Shown here piece by piece: positions 34,460 to 44,209 of a DNA stretch of 54,378 nucleotides. The position numbers and the translations under genes were made by a program. Within the stretch, counting starts at the first letter, position 1. The number at the start of each line of letters is the position of its first letter. Origin of the DNA: an uncultured Oscillospiraceae bacterium (GTDB lineage: Bacteria > Bacillota > Clostridia > Christensenellales > CAG-138). The DNA lies in assembly GCA_964541465.1 (NCBI GenBank), contig CAZIQO010000003.1:1-54378 (forward strand), in the 5' to 3' direction. The notes beneath the pieces were generated by a model. The model was not told the origin of the DNA. It searched no databases and saw nothing but the letters and a program-made list of their open reading frames with translations.

Positions 34460-35404
34460 ATGGCGGGGAAACCGCTCGTTTCCATCGTTTGCCCCTGCTA
34501 CAACGAGGAGCAGACGCTTCCGATGTTTTACGACGCGGTCCGGCGGGACGCGTTCGAATGTCTGAGCGGATACGATTTTGAGCTGATTCTGGTCAACGAC
34601 GGCTCGAAGGACGGCACGCTTGCGATTCAGCGCGAGCTGGCCAAGCGCGACGCGCGCGTGAACTATCTTTCCTTTTCCCGCAATTTCGGCAAGGAGGCCG
34701 CCCTGTACGCCGGCCTGCAGCACGCCAACGGCGATTTTGTGTGCGTGATGGACTGCGATCTGCAGGACCCGCCCGAACTCATCGGCGAGATGCTCGCGCG
34801 CCTTTCGGACGACGGGTGCGACTGCGTGGCCACGCGCCGCGTTACAAGAAAGGGCGAGCCGAAGATCCGCAGCGCGTTCGCACGGGCGTTTTACCGCCTG
34901 ATCAACCGCATTTCGGACACGGAGTTCGTCGACGGCGCGCGCGATTTCCGTATGATGCGCCGCTGCGTCAAGGACGCGGTGCTTAAGATGGGCGAGTATC
35001 ACCGCTTCTCCAAGGGGCTGTTCATGTGGGTCGGGTTCGACACGGTGTGGCTGGAATACGAAAACGTGGAGCGCGCCGCGGGGGAAACGAAGTGGTCGTT
35101 CTGGAAGCTGATGCAGTACGCCGTAGAAGGCATCGTGTCGTTTTCCACCGTGCCGCTGCGGATCGCAACGATCGTCGGCAGCATCGTCTCCGTTCTCGCG
35201 CTGATCTACATGGTGATCCGCGTGATCATCGCCCTCATCTGGGGCAACCCGGTGGCCGGGTATCCTTCGCTGCTGGCGTTCATGCTCTGCCTCGGCGGAT
35301 TCATCCTGCTGGCGCTCGGCATCGTGGGCGAATACGTCGCGCGCACGTACATACAGGTCAAGCAGCGCCCGATCTATATTCTGAAGGAAACAAATCTCAA
35401 ATAA
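34460..35404 (+). CDS. Family-2 glycosyltransferase, polyprenyl-phosphate sugar transferase type (GtrB/ArnC/DPM1-like)
   Basis: VSIVCPCYNEE...LILVNDGSKDGT...MDCDLQDPPE plus two C-terminal TM helices. The start is ATG 34460 (9 nt after GGAG) or 34454. Confidence 0.88.
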   Translation: MAGKPLVSIVCPCYNEEQTLPMFYDAVRRDAFECLSGYDFELILVNDGSKDGTLAIQRELAKRDARVNYLSFSRNFGKEAALYAGLQHANGDFVCVMDCDLQDPPELIGEMLARLSDDGCDCVATRRVTRKGEPKIRSAFARAFYRLINRISDTEFVDGARDFRMMRRCVKDAVLKMGEYHRFSKGLFMWVGFDTVWLEYENVERAAGETKWSFWKLMQYAVEGIVSFSTVPLRIATIVGSIVSVLALIYMVIRVIIALIWGNPVAGYPSLLAFMLCLGGFILLALGIVGEYVARTYIQVKQRPIYILKETNLK

Positions 35405-35463
35405 CGAAAATCAGAAAAAACGGGCAGGGCTGCGAACGAGACCCGGAATGACGGATAGGAAAT

Positions 35464-35506
35464 AAAAACGCCTCCTGCCGCAGGACCAAACGGCAGGAGG
35501 TTTTTT
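35464..35506. terminator. Bidirectional rho-independent terminator
   Basis: AAAAA-CGCCTCCTGCCG...CGGCAGGAGG-TTTTTT between the convergent GT2 (+) and RND (-) genes. Confidence 0.8.
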
Positions 35507-35535
35507 AACGGCTCCGGTTCTGCTTCGGCCGACGC

Positions 35536-38500
35536 TCAGGCGTTGTCGACCTCGAGATCCTTTTCCGCTACGGAGCGGGGTCTGCGCCGCACGATGAGGT
35601 CGTAGAGAACGGGCACGACGAAGAGCGTCATGAACGTTGCGTACAGAAGGCCGCCGATGCTGACGACCGCGACGGGCTGGATGAGTCCCCCGCCGATGCC
35701 GAGGCCGAGGGAGAGCGGCAGCAGGCCGAGGATCGTCGTCAGCGCGGTCATGAGCACCGGCCGCAGACGCAGCGCGCTCGCCGTCTGCACCGCCTCGCGG
35801 CGCTCCATCCCCTCGATGCGGAGCTGGTTCATCGTGTCGATGAGCACGATGCCGTTGTTGACGATTACGCCGACGAGCAGGATAAAGCCCACCATGGCCA
35901 CGATCGAAATCTCCATGCCGCACACAAGTAGCGCGATCAGGCCGCCGGTGAACGCAAGCGGTATGGTCATCATGACGATGAACGGCGACACCAGCGACTG
36001 GAACTGCGCGACCATGATGAGGTATACGATCGCCACGCCGAGCAGCAGCATCGTGCCGAGGTCCTTCAGCGCGGTGAGGATCGTTTCGTTCTCGCCCTTG
36101 AACTCGATGGTCACGCCGTCGGGCGCCTCGTAGGAGGAGAGTGCCTCCTCCGCCGCGCTCGTAACGCGCGTAACGTTATAGTCGTCGGCGATATCGGCCG
36201 TGACGGACACGTAGCGGCGCTGATTTTCGCGATCGATCGACTGGAGCGTTTCCGTTTCCTCAAACGACGCGATATCGCTGAGCGCCACGTCCTTGTAGGT
36301 TCCGTCCGTTCCCGCAAAGGTGATCACGTAATCGCGGATGTCGCTCACGGTCGGGTCCGCGTCCGGCATGCTGATCACGACGTCCTGATCGGTGTCCTCG
36401 ATCGTTGTGACGGACGCGTCGGCCGTGAGCGCGAGCGCGACGTACTGGTAAACCTGCGCGACCGTGAGTCCCTCGAGCGCGGCCTTCTCCTTGTCGACGA
36501 CGACGCGGAGCGCGGGCAGGGTGCCCTCGAGGCCGTCACTGACGTTCTGCGTGCCCGGGACGGTCTCGAGGACGTCCGCGATCTCGGACGCGGTCTGCCT
36601 CAGATCGTCCAGGTCGTTTCCGTAGATGTCGATCGTCACACCGCTGCCGCTGAGGAAGTCGATATACTCGGTCATGTTGCCGGAACCGGTGGCACTCACC
36701 TCGCACTCGAGATCGGAGCAGAGGTCTTCGATCACGCCGGAAAGCTCCGTGCTCGTGCGCTGACGGTACTTTTTCGGCACGTAGCCGAGGTACGATTTCT
36801 GATCCTTGAGCACAAGGTAAAGCATCGTTTCCGTCGTATTCTCGCTGCCGGCGGAGATGCCGTAGAGACTGGTCAGCCCCGAATAGAAGATCGAGCCGCA
36901 GGATTCGACCTCCGGGAGATCCATCACGCGCGCGGCGATCTCGTCGGTCGTCGCGACGGCTTCGTCGAACGTCGTATCGTCCGGCAGGGTGATCTGGACG
37001 GTCATCTGCGGGCTGTCCATATCCGGGAAGTAGATGAATCCGCGGTTGATCTCGGCGTAGAGGCTCACAACGAGCAGCAGCAGCGCGAACACCAGAACGA
37101 GCGCCTTGTTACCGAGCGCGACGGAAAGCGCCTTCTCATAGCCGCGCTGCAGCAGCGGTTTTTCGCTGCGTTTGCGCTTGCGCATGCGCTTGAGCACGCC
37201 CGAAGAGAGCGCGGGAACGAGCGTGAGCGCGACGACGAGGCTGGCAAGCAGCGAGAACGCGATCGTGAGTGCCATATCGGTAAAGAGCTGCCGCGTAAGT
37301 CCCTCTACGAACACGATCGGCAAAAACACGCACACGGTCGTCAGCGTGGAGGCGGTGATTGCGCCCGCCATCTGCACCGTCCCGGTCACGGCGGCGCGGA
37401 TCGTGCCGAGGCCGTTGCTGCGCAATCGGTAGATATTCTCGATGACCACGATCGAATTGTCCACCAGCATGCCGACGCCGACCGCGAGTCCCGCCATGGA
37501 GAGGATATTGAGCGTGACGCCCGTAAAGTACATCAGCACGATTGCGAACGTGACGCTGATGGGGATCGAGCAGGAGATCACGAGCGTGGGACGGACGTCC
37601 CGCAGGAACAGGAACAGGACCACGATTGCGAGCAGCGCGCCGAGCACGATGTTTTCCAGCACGGAGCCGATGACCAGCTGGATGTAGTCGCCCTGGTCCA
37701 TGAGGCTGGTGAAGTGCAGCCCTTCGTATGTTTCCTCCAGCGAATCGAACTCCGTGTGCACGTTTTCCGATACGATCGCGGTGGCGTAGTCGCTCTGCTT
37801 GCTGAACGTGAGCAGCACGGCGTTTGCGCCGTTGACCTTGCCGTAGTTCTCGTCCGCATCGTTGGATACGAAGATATCCGCCACGTCGGAGAGCCGGATG
37901 GGGTCGACGCCGTCGAGCCCGAGGTCGAACAGGATCAGATCGCTGAGTTCGTCGGCGTCTGAAAACTGATCGCCCACATATATGAGCCACTGGGTATCGC
38001 TCGTGTCGTCCGCCGCGTACCCGGCGGGCATGGAGAAGTTCTCCGCGCCGAGAATGGTGCCGATGGTTTCAAGCGTGAGCAGATTGTTCAGATCGGTGCT
38101 GTCGTAGGCCTGCTGTTTGGCGTCGTCGAGCTGCTCCTTGGAATCGTCCAGGTCGCTCTGCGATTCGTCGAGCTGCGTGCGGCTCTCATCCAGCGTCTCT
38201 TCGCCTTTGCTGATCTTGCGCCAGCCGGAGGAGATCTCCGACTTGCCGGCCGCCTCCTGCGTGTCCAGCTGATCGTAACCGTCCTCGATCTGCGCAAGCC
38301 CGTCGTTGACCGCGTCGACGGCCGCAGAAATGCCCGCAAGGTCCGTGATTCCGGTGGATGCGGCGAATGTCGCCCACGCGTCGGACGATTGCTGCTCGAG
38401 CGCGGTGAGCTGGTCGTTCAGCGCGGCCAGCTGCGCTTCGCATTCCGCCTTCTGCTGCAGAAGCGCGGTCTTTTCGTCGCCGTCGGGCAGCGCCGCGATC

Positions 38501-39423
38501 GCGTCGTTCAGCTGCGAGATCTGCGCTTCGAGCGCGGTGATGCCGTCGCTTGCCTGCCCGATGGCGGCGGAAAGCGTCTGGAAGCTCGACTGCGCCGATG
38601 TCAGCTGCGCAAGCTGGGTTTCCAGCGCGCTCTTCTGCGTGTCCAGCTCGCTCCGCGCGTCCGAGACCTGACGGTCCAGATTTTTACTGGCCGCGCTGAG
38701 GCTGGAGCGACCGTCCTCGAGATCCTCTTCGCCGCTTTCAACCTGCGCGTAGCCGTCGTCGATTTCCGACTGTGCGTCGGCGAGCTGCTCCTCACTGTCC
38801 GAAAATTCCGAGTCCACGCCCGCGCGGATCTTCTCGTTGAGCGCGTCCATTTTGTCCTGCCGCAGAACGATATTGACCTGCTCGGAGACGAGACCGCTCG
38901 CGGTCACACTCGCAACGCCCTCCACGCCCTCAAGCTGCGGAAGGACCGTATCCTCGTAGAAGCGCGAGAGATCGACCGAGTCCTTGCCGTCGTACTCCAT
39001 CGCGACGGCGGCGAGCGGCAGCATGTCCGGGTTGATCTTGAGGATGCTTGGCGTGCCGACGCTATCGTCCCAGTCGGCGGAGAGCTTGTCGAGCGCCTCG
39101 CGGATGTTCATGGTCGTCGCGTCCATGTCCGCGTCGGCGGAGAAGCGCATGAGCACGGCGGAGTAGTTTTCGCTGGAGGTGGAGGAGATGTACTCCAGGC
39201 TGTCCAGCGTTGCAAGCGCCTCCTCGGCGGGCTTCGTCACCGTCGATTCCACCTCTTCCGGCGTGGCGCCGACATAGCTGGTAAATACGACCACATACGG
39301 CAGGTCGATATTCGGCAGCAGGTTCGGCGTCATCTTCAGAAAGGCGACCACGCCGAGCAGGATGACGAGCACGACGGCGACAAGCACGGTATAGGGTCGT
39401 TTGACGGAGAATTTGGCTAGCAT
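35536..39423 (-). CDS. RND-superfamily efflux permease (AcrB/HAE-type) with a ~250-aa coiled-coil insertion
   Basis: 1295 aa. It has AcrB-like N-terminal and TM blocks (MLAKFSVKRPYTVLV..., GLAVGVGMLVDNSIVVIENI, VGFILLVGVIVNNGIVLID). Residues about 196-445 are heptad-like and Q/E/D/A/L-rich. Confidence 0.9.
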   Translation of the reverse strand: MLAKFSVKRPYTVLVAVVLVILLGVVAFLKMTPNLLPNIDLPYVVVFTSYVGATPEEVESTVTKPAEEALATLDSLEYISSTSSENYSAVLMRFSADADMDATTMNIREALDKLSADWDDSVGTPSILKINPDMLPLAAVAMEYDGKDSVDLSRFYEDTVLPQLEGVEGVASVTASGLVSEQVNIVLRQDKMDALNEKIRAGVDSEFSDSEEQLADAQSEIDDGYAQVESGEEDLEDGRSSLSAASKNLDRQVSDARSELDTQKSALETQLAQLTSAQSSFQTLSAAIGQASDGITALEAQISQLNDAIAALPDGDEKTALLQQKAECEAQLAALNDQLTALEQQSSDAWATFAASTGITDLAGISAAVDAVNDGLAQIEDGYDQLDTQEAAGKSEISSGWRKISKGEETLDESRTQLDESQSDLDDSKEQLDDAKQQAYDSTDLNNLLTLETIGTILGAENFSMPAGYAADDTSDTQWLIYVGDQFSDADELSDLILFDLGLDGVDPIRLSDVADIFVSNDADENYGKVNGANAVLLTFSKQSDYATAIVSENVHTEFDSLEETYEGLHFTSLMDQGDYIQLVIGSVLENIVLGALLAIVVLFLFLRDVRPTLVISCSIPISVTFAIVLMYFTGVTLNILSMAGLAVGVGMLVDNSIVVIENIYRLRSNGLGTIRAAVTGTVQMAGAITASTLTTVCVFLPIVFVEGLTRQLFTDMALTIAFSLLASLVVALTLVPALSSGVLKRMRKRKRSEKPLLQRGYEKALSVALGNKALVLVFALLLLVVSLYAEINRGFIYFPDMDSPQMTVQITLPDDTTFDEAVATTDEIAARVMDLPEVESCGSIFYSGLTSLYGISAGSENTTETMLYLVLKDQKSYLGYVPKKYRQRTSTELSGVIEDLCSDLECEVSATGSGNMTEYIDFLSGSGVTIDIYGNDLDDLRQTASEIADVLETVPGTQNVSDGLEGTLPALRVVVDKEKAALEGLTVAQVYQYVALALTADASVTTIEDTDQDVVISMPDADPTVSDIRDYVITFAGTDGTYKDVALSDIASFEETETLQSIDRENQRRYVSVTADIADDYNVTRVTSAAEEALSSYEAPDGVTIEFKGENETILTALKDLGTMLLLGVAIVYLIMVAQFQSLVSPFIVMMTIPLAFTGGLIALLVCGMEISIVAMVGFILLVGVIVNNGIVLIDTMNQLRIEGMERREAVQTASALRLRPVLMTALTTILGLLPLSLGLGIGGGLIQPVAVVSIGGLLYATFMTLFVVPVLYDLIVRRRPRSVAEKDLEVDNA

Positions 39424-39426
39424 CGG

Positions 39427-40053
39427 TCAGTTCCTCCCGGCCGGACAGGATTCGCGCAGAAGACCCGCTTTCAGGAGCTCCAGCTTCCGCTGGAAGCGGA
39501 GCCGCAGCAGGGGAGCGCAGCTGGGGTTACAGAACAACTCGGCGAGCGCGAAACCAAGCTGCGCGAGCAGGATCTCCAGAATGTCGAGCAGATCCTCCCG
39601 GTTTTCGCAGCGGAGCCTCGAGGCGTCGATCAGCGTAAGGTTTTCCGTCAGGATCGACGGATATGCGCAGGAAGGCTTCCCGGCGAGAATCTCCCGCGGG
39701 GAACGGTATTCAAACAGATGCTGCAGCATCGTAAGATTGGGTTCGGTTTCGGCAAACAGCACCGATTCGTCGAACCCTGCGAGCATCGTGAGGAAAACGT
39801 CCCCGTTCTGCTCAAGCAGCGCCTCCCTGGCGCATGCCTGCATCCGCGCGCGATAGTTCGAGAGCAGATAGTCGTAGAGGTCGTCCTTGCCGCGGAAATA
39901 CTGATAGTAGCTTCCGCGCGGAATGCCGGCCGCATGCACGATGCGGTTGATCGACAGCTCCGGGAACGGAACGCGCGCGAGTTCCCCGCGAATCGCGGCG
40001 ACGAGCCGCTCCCGCTTTGCTTCCGGCAGATGAAAGAACGTTTCCGTCGGCAT
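39427..40053 (-). CDS. TetR/AcrR-family transcriptional regulator
   Basis: 208 aa from MPTETFFHLPEAKRERL, with HTH SINRIVHAAGIPRGSYYQYF. Its stop lies 3 nt before the RND start. Confidence 0.88.
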   Translation of the reverse strand: MPTETFFHLPEAKRERLVAAIRGELARVPFPELSINRIVHAAGIPRGSYYQYFRGKDDLYDYLLSNYRARMQACAREALLEQNGDVFLTMLAGFDESVLFAETEPNLTMLQHLFEYRSPREILAGKPSCAYPSILTENLTLIDASRLRCENREDLLDILEILLAQLGFALAELFCNPSCAPLLRLRFQRKLELLKAGLLRESCPAGRN

Positions 40054-40117
40054 GATCTGCGCTCCTTTCGGCGGCCGGACCGTCCGAGCGGTCCGCTGCA
40101 CGCCGTAAAAATACAAA

Positions 40118-40151
40118 ATGTGACAGTCTGTCATATGACAGCCTGTCACAT
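40118..40151. promoter_or_regulatory. 34-bp near-perfect palindrome, probable TetR operator
   Basis: ATGTGACAGtCTGTCATATGACAGcCTGTCACAT, 65-98 nt upstream of the tetR start. Only one position pair breaks the symmetry. Confidence 0.65.
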
Positions 40152-40227
40152 CATAACGGATTCGTCCGCCGCCGTCAAGCGGGACGGGGAAAAGTTCACA
40201 GGAAAGCCGCGAAGTTGCGGTTTTTTA

Positions 40228-40950
40228 TCATGATTCGCGGACAAGCCAGTGGATCATATCGTCCGCGAACGTGAATCCGAGTTTTCGCTGCAGAGCGATG
40301 GAGGGTTCGTTCTGTTTCTTTACCTGACAGAACGGCAGCCGCCCGCAGGCGAGCAGGCGGTTGATCATGCTGCCCTCCAGCGCAAACGCAAGCCCGTGCT
40401 GCCGGTACGCCGGCAGGATCTCCAGCAGCCCGATCGAGCGCTCCTCGTGCGTGCCGATAAAGCCCGCAGGTTCGCCGCCGACGAACGCGCCGAGCATGCC
40501 TTCCTCGATGCGCTCGCGGATGTAGCCGATGTCGTCGACGGTGCGGTAGTGCGCGTGCACGAAATCGAGGTGCTCCATGGAAAGCCGCCGGATCTCGGCC
40601 CCCTCGGGAAGCGTATAACAAACCGGTTCGCTGCGGTCGTAGACGCAGTTCAAGCAGTCCATCACCGTGGAAAAACCGTGCCGCGTGCGCAGCGTTTCCG
40701 CGGACGCGCCGTCGTGCGCCACGAGCATGACCCCGCCGCCGGAAAACGAGTCGGCCGCGCCGAGAAAGACCGACAGCAGTTTTTCGCGGGCCGGGGGCTC
40801 CGCCGAGAACTGAAACAGGTCGTTATAGCGCAGCAGCGCGCCGTCCGGGCCGGCGCAGACCGTCTCCGCGCCCGGGAGACGCAAAAGCTCGAGCATGTCG
40901 ATATTCTTCAGGCGCTCGCGCGATAAATAGTTGTAAGCCGTCTGATCCAT
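40228..40950 (-). CDS. GNAT-family N-acetyltransferase
   Basis: 240 aa from MDQTAYNYL, with a C-terminal acetyltransferase core ...LLEILPAYRQHGLAFALEGSMINRLLACGRLPFCQVKKQNEPSIALQRKLGF. Confidence 0.75.
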   Translation of the reverse strand: MDQTAYNYLSRERLKNIDMLELLRLPGAETVCAGPDGALLRYNDLFQFSAEPPAREKLLSVFLGAADSFSGGGVMLVAHDGASAETLRTRHGFSTVMDCLNCVYDRSEPVCYTLPEGAEIRRLSMEHLDFVHAHYRTVDDIGYIRERIEEGMLGAFVGGEPAGFIGTHEERSIGLLEILPAYRQHGLAFALEGSMINRLLACGRLPFCQVKKQNEPSIALQRKLGFTFADDMIHWLVRES

Positions 40951-41053
40951 GGCGAAGAGTGTATCATAAACGGCCCCGTGGAGCAACCGGAAAAGGGGAA
41001 AATAGGCAGTTGTGAACCTTGCGTGAAGAAACGGTTTCCGCGCTTCCGCCGGT

Positions 41054-41082
41054 TTGACAACGCAGGGGGGGAATGGTACACT
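41054..41082 (+). promoter_or_regulatory. Putative promoter of the polysaccharide operon (TTGACA-17-TGgTACACT)
   Basis: Hexamers at 41054-41059 and 41077-41082, 66 nt upstream of ATG 41148. Confidence 0.55.
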
Positions 41083-41147
41083 ACGATAGGTATATTGTAG
41101 TGAAAAAGGGCGGATTTCCGCCCCCGGACCGAAGGGAAACAGCGGCA

Positions 41148-42011
41148 ATGGCGGACGTTACGGCGATCGTTCTGACCCTGAACGAAGAGGCGAATCTCGA
41201 GGCCTGCCTGCGCTCCGTGGCGGGTTTTTGCAGGCGCGTCGTCGTCGTGGACAGCGGCAGCACGGACCGCACGGCCGAGATTGCGAAGCGGTTCGGCGCG
41301 GATGTGTACGTTCACGAGTTCACCTATTACGCCGCGCAGTTCAACTGGGGCGTGGACAACGCCGGGATCGACACGGCGTGGACGCTGCGGCTCGACGCGG
41401 ACGAGCGGTTCACGCCCGAGGTCTGCGCGCACAGCGAGCGGCTCATGGAGCAGCACGCGAACGACGACGTAAACGGCATCGTGATGGAGTCGGATTTTTT
41501 CTTTCTCGGACGGCAGATGAAGCACGGCGGCAGCAAGAAGCGGAAGATCATGCTCTTCAAGACCGGAAAAGGCCGCATCGAGGACCGCAAGCGCGACGCG
41601 CATACCGTTCTGCTCGAGGGGAGGACCGTCGCGATCCGGGAGCGTTTCCTGCACTACGATTTCAAGGACCTTACAAGCTATATCGCGCGCTACAACTGGT
41701 ACGCCGTCCGCGAACTGCAGGATTATCTCGCCTTCCGCGGCGGCGCTTCGTTCGACGTGAACACGGACGCCCGGCTCAGAACGCACCGGAGGATGAAATT
41801 CAGCGTGTATTACCGCGCGCCGATGTTTTTGCGCGCGTGGCTGTGGTTTGTGTATAATTATTACTTCCGCCTCGGGTTTCTCGACGGGCGGGAAGGGTAT
41901 CTGTATCATTTCTTCGAGAGCTACTGGTACCGCTTCCTCGTCGACGCGAAGATCTACGAGCAGCGGAAAACGGGCCGCGCGGAGGAACCTCTGCGCGCGC
42001 TCGGAAAGTGA
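41148..42011 (+). CDS. Family-2 glycosyltransferase
   Basis: MADVTAIVLTLNEEANLEACLRSV...VVVVDSGSTDRT...LRLDADE. Confidence 0.85.
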   Translation: MADVTAIVLTLNEEANLEACLRSVAGFCRRVVVVDSGSTDRTAEIAKRFGADVYVHEFTYYAAQFNWGVDNAGIDTAWTLRLDADERFTPEVCAHSERLMEQHANDDVNGIVMESDFFFLGRQMKHGGSKKRKIMLFKTGKGRIEDRKRDAHTVLLEGRTVAIRERFLHYDFKDLTSYIARYNWYAVRELQDYLAFRGGASFDVNTDARLRTHRRMKFSVYYRAPMFLRAWLWFVYNYYFRLGFLDGREGYLYHFFESYWYRFLVDAKIYEQRKTGRAEEPLRALGK

Positions 42012-42017
42012 GCGTTC

Positions 42018-43133
42018 ATGCAGCACTCTCCCGTTCGCGTGCTTGAGGTCCTGACGGTCCGCTACGCGCACAACGGCGTTACGCAATGCGTGGCGAATTA
42101 TATGGAGGAATTCGACCCCGCGCGGATCCGCTGCGATCTCGCCGTGCCGAACGAGCCGCCCGAAGCCGTTGTTCGGCGCATCGAACAAAGCGGCGGGCGC
42201 GTGTTCGTTCTGCCGTATCGCAACCGCAATCCGCTCGGATATGTTCATGCGCTTTCAAAAATCGTGCGCGGGCGCGGCGAGCAGGTCGTGCACGCGCACG
42301 GCAACAGCGCGACGCTCTATACGGAGATGCTCGCTTCCCGGCAAGGCGGCGCGCGGGTCCGCATCGCGCATTCGCATAACACCTCCTGCCGCATGCAGCT
42401 GGCGGACCGGCTGCTCCGGCCGGCGTTCCGCGGCAGTTATACGCACGCCATGGCCTGCGGCGAAGACGCCGGGGAATGGCTCTTCGGGGACGCGCCGTTT
42501 ACGGTGCTCCCAAACGCCGTGCGCGCGGAGCGGTTCCGCTTCGACGCCGGAAAACGGGACGCGGCGCGGGAGCGCTTCGAAATCGGCAAAGATGCGTTCG
42601 TCGTGTGCCATATCGGCTCGTTCAGCGTGCAGAAGAACCAGGCGTTCCTCCTCGACGTGTTCGCGGCGCTGCACAAAAGCCGCCCGGACGCGGCGCTGCT
42701 GCTCGTGGGGGATGGCCCGCTGCGGGCGGCGTGCGAGGAGAAGGCGCGCGCGCTCGGTCTCGGCGGGAACGTCCGCTTTGCGGGGACCGCCGGGGACGTT
42801 ACCCCGTATCTTTGCTGCGCGGACGCGTTCGCGCTGCCGTCGCGCTACGAAGGGCTTCCGCTGACGCTCGTGGAGGCGCAGTGCGCGGGGCTGCCCTGTG
42901 CGGTGAGCGACCGGGTGACGCGCGAGGCGGCGCTGACCCCGCTTGTTTCGTTTTGGCCCATCGAACGCGCGGAGGCGTTTGCCGGCGGGCTTGCCGGAGC
43001 GGCGGTTTCCGACCGCGCGCGTTTGTCCGGCGAGGCGATCGAACGTGTGCGGCGCGCGGGGTACGATATCGCCGCCAACGCGGAAACGCTCGCGGCGCTG
43101 TATGAATCCCTTGTTCGTGAGGCGCAGGCATGA
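42018..43133 (+). CDS. Family-4 (GT-B, group 1) glycosyltransferase
   Basis: 371 aa, with the C-terminal motif ...LPSRYEGLPLTLVEAQCAGLPC. Confidence 0.88.
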   Translation: MQHSPVRVLEVLTVRYAHNGVTQCVANYMEEFDPARIRCDLAVPNEPPEAVVRRIEQSGGRVFVLPYRNRNPLGYVHALSKIVRGRGEQVVHAHGNSATLYTEMLASRQGGARVRIAHSHNTSCRMQLADRLLRPAFRGSYTHAMACGEDAGEWLFGDAPFTVLPNAVRAERFRFDAGKRDAARERFEIGKDAFVVCHIGSFSVQKNQAFLLDVFAALHKSRPDAALLLVGDGPLRAACEEKARALGLGGNVRFAGTAGDVTPYLCCADAFALPSRYEGLPLTLVEAQCAGLPCAVSDRVTREAALTPLVSFWPIERAEAFAGGLAGAAVSDRARLSGEAIERVRRAGYDIAANAETLAALYESLVREAQA

Positions 43134-44209
43134 AGAAACTCTTTCTCGTCACCCACAAAATGAGCGGCGGCGGCTGTGAGCGGGTCATCGCACAGCTGCT
43201 GGATTGCTTTACGCGTGCCGGAATCGACTGCACGCTCGTCAGCGAGTGCGGCGTGCCGTCCTTCTACGAGCTGCCGGAGCAGGTGCGCTGCGTGTATCTT
43301 ACCCGCGAAACGTCGCTAAGCCCGCTGCGGATTCCGCGCGCATACCGCAGACTGAACCGGCTGGTGCGGAAGGAACGCCCGGACGTCGTGCTGGCCATGC
43401 CGGAAAAGGTCAACGTCTGGACGGTGCTGTTCCTTTTGGGGACCGGCGTGCCGGTGGTCATCAGCGAGCGCAACGACCCGCACCGCCATCCGGAAAGCCG
43501 GCTCAAGCGCCTGCTTCGCCTGCTCGTCTATCCGTTTGCGAACGGGTTTGTCTTTCAGACGCGGGAGGCGGCTGCCTATTTTAGCGGACGCATCCAGAAG
43601 CGCGGGATCGTGCTGGACAATCCGCTCGACGCGTCGCGCATCCCGGCGAGATTCGGGGGCGCGCGCCGGAAAACCGTCGTCGCCGCGGGTCGGCTGCACG
43701 CGCAGAAGAACTTTCCCATGCTGATCCGCGCGTTTGCGCGCTTCTACAAAACGCATTCCGATTATTCGCTGGTCGTCTACGGCGAGGGGCCGCAGCGGGA
43801 CGAACTTTCCCGCCTGGCGAGCAGGCTCGGCGTCGCCGGCGCGGTCGAGCTGGCGGGGCAGACGAAAACCCTGCCGGAACGGATCGCCGACTGTTCGGTG
43901 TTCGTGCTGAGCTCCGATTACGAGGGCATGCCGAACGCGCTCATCGAGGCGATGGCGTGCGGGCTGTGCTGCATCGCGACCGACTGCCCCATCGGCGGCG
44001 TGCGCTCGCTGATGACGGACGGCGAAAACGGCCTGCTCGTGCCGGTGGGGGACGAGGACGCGCTCGTCGCCGCGCTTTCGGCCGCGGCGGACGATCCCGC
44101 GATGGCGGAGAGACTCGGCAGGCGCGCCGAGGAGATCAAAACGCGGCTGGACGCGGAGTCCGTGGCCGCGGAATGGAGGCGCTACCTTGAGCGCGTCGCA
44201 GAACGATAA
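43130..44209 (+). CDS. Family-4 (GT-B, group 1) glycosyltransferase
   Basis: 359 aa: ...VLSSDYEGMPNALIEAMACGLCCIATDC. Its start overlaps the upstream stop. Confidence 0.88.
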   Translation: MKKLFLVTHKMSGGGCERVIAQLLDCFTRAGIDCTLVSECGVPSFYELPEQVRCVYLTRETSLSPLRIPRAYRRLNRLVRKERPDVVLAMPEKVNVWTVLFLLGTGVPVVISERNDPHRHPESRLKRLLRLLVYPFANGFVFQTREAAAYFSGRIQKRGIVLDNPLDASRIPARFGGARRKTVVAAGRLHAQKNFPMLIRAFARFYKTHSDYSLVVYGEGPQRDELSRLASRLGVAGAVELAGQTKTLPERIADCSVFVLSSDYEGMPNALIEAMACGLCCIATDCPIGGVRSLMTDGENGLLVPVGDEDALVAALSAAADDPAMAERLGRRAEEIKTRLDAESVAAEWRRYLERVAER

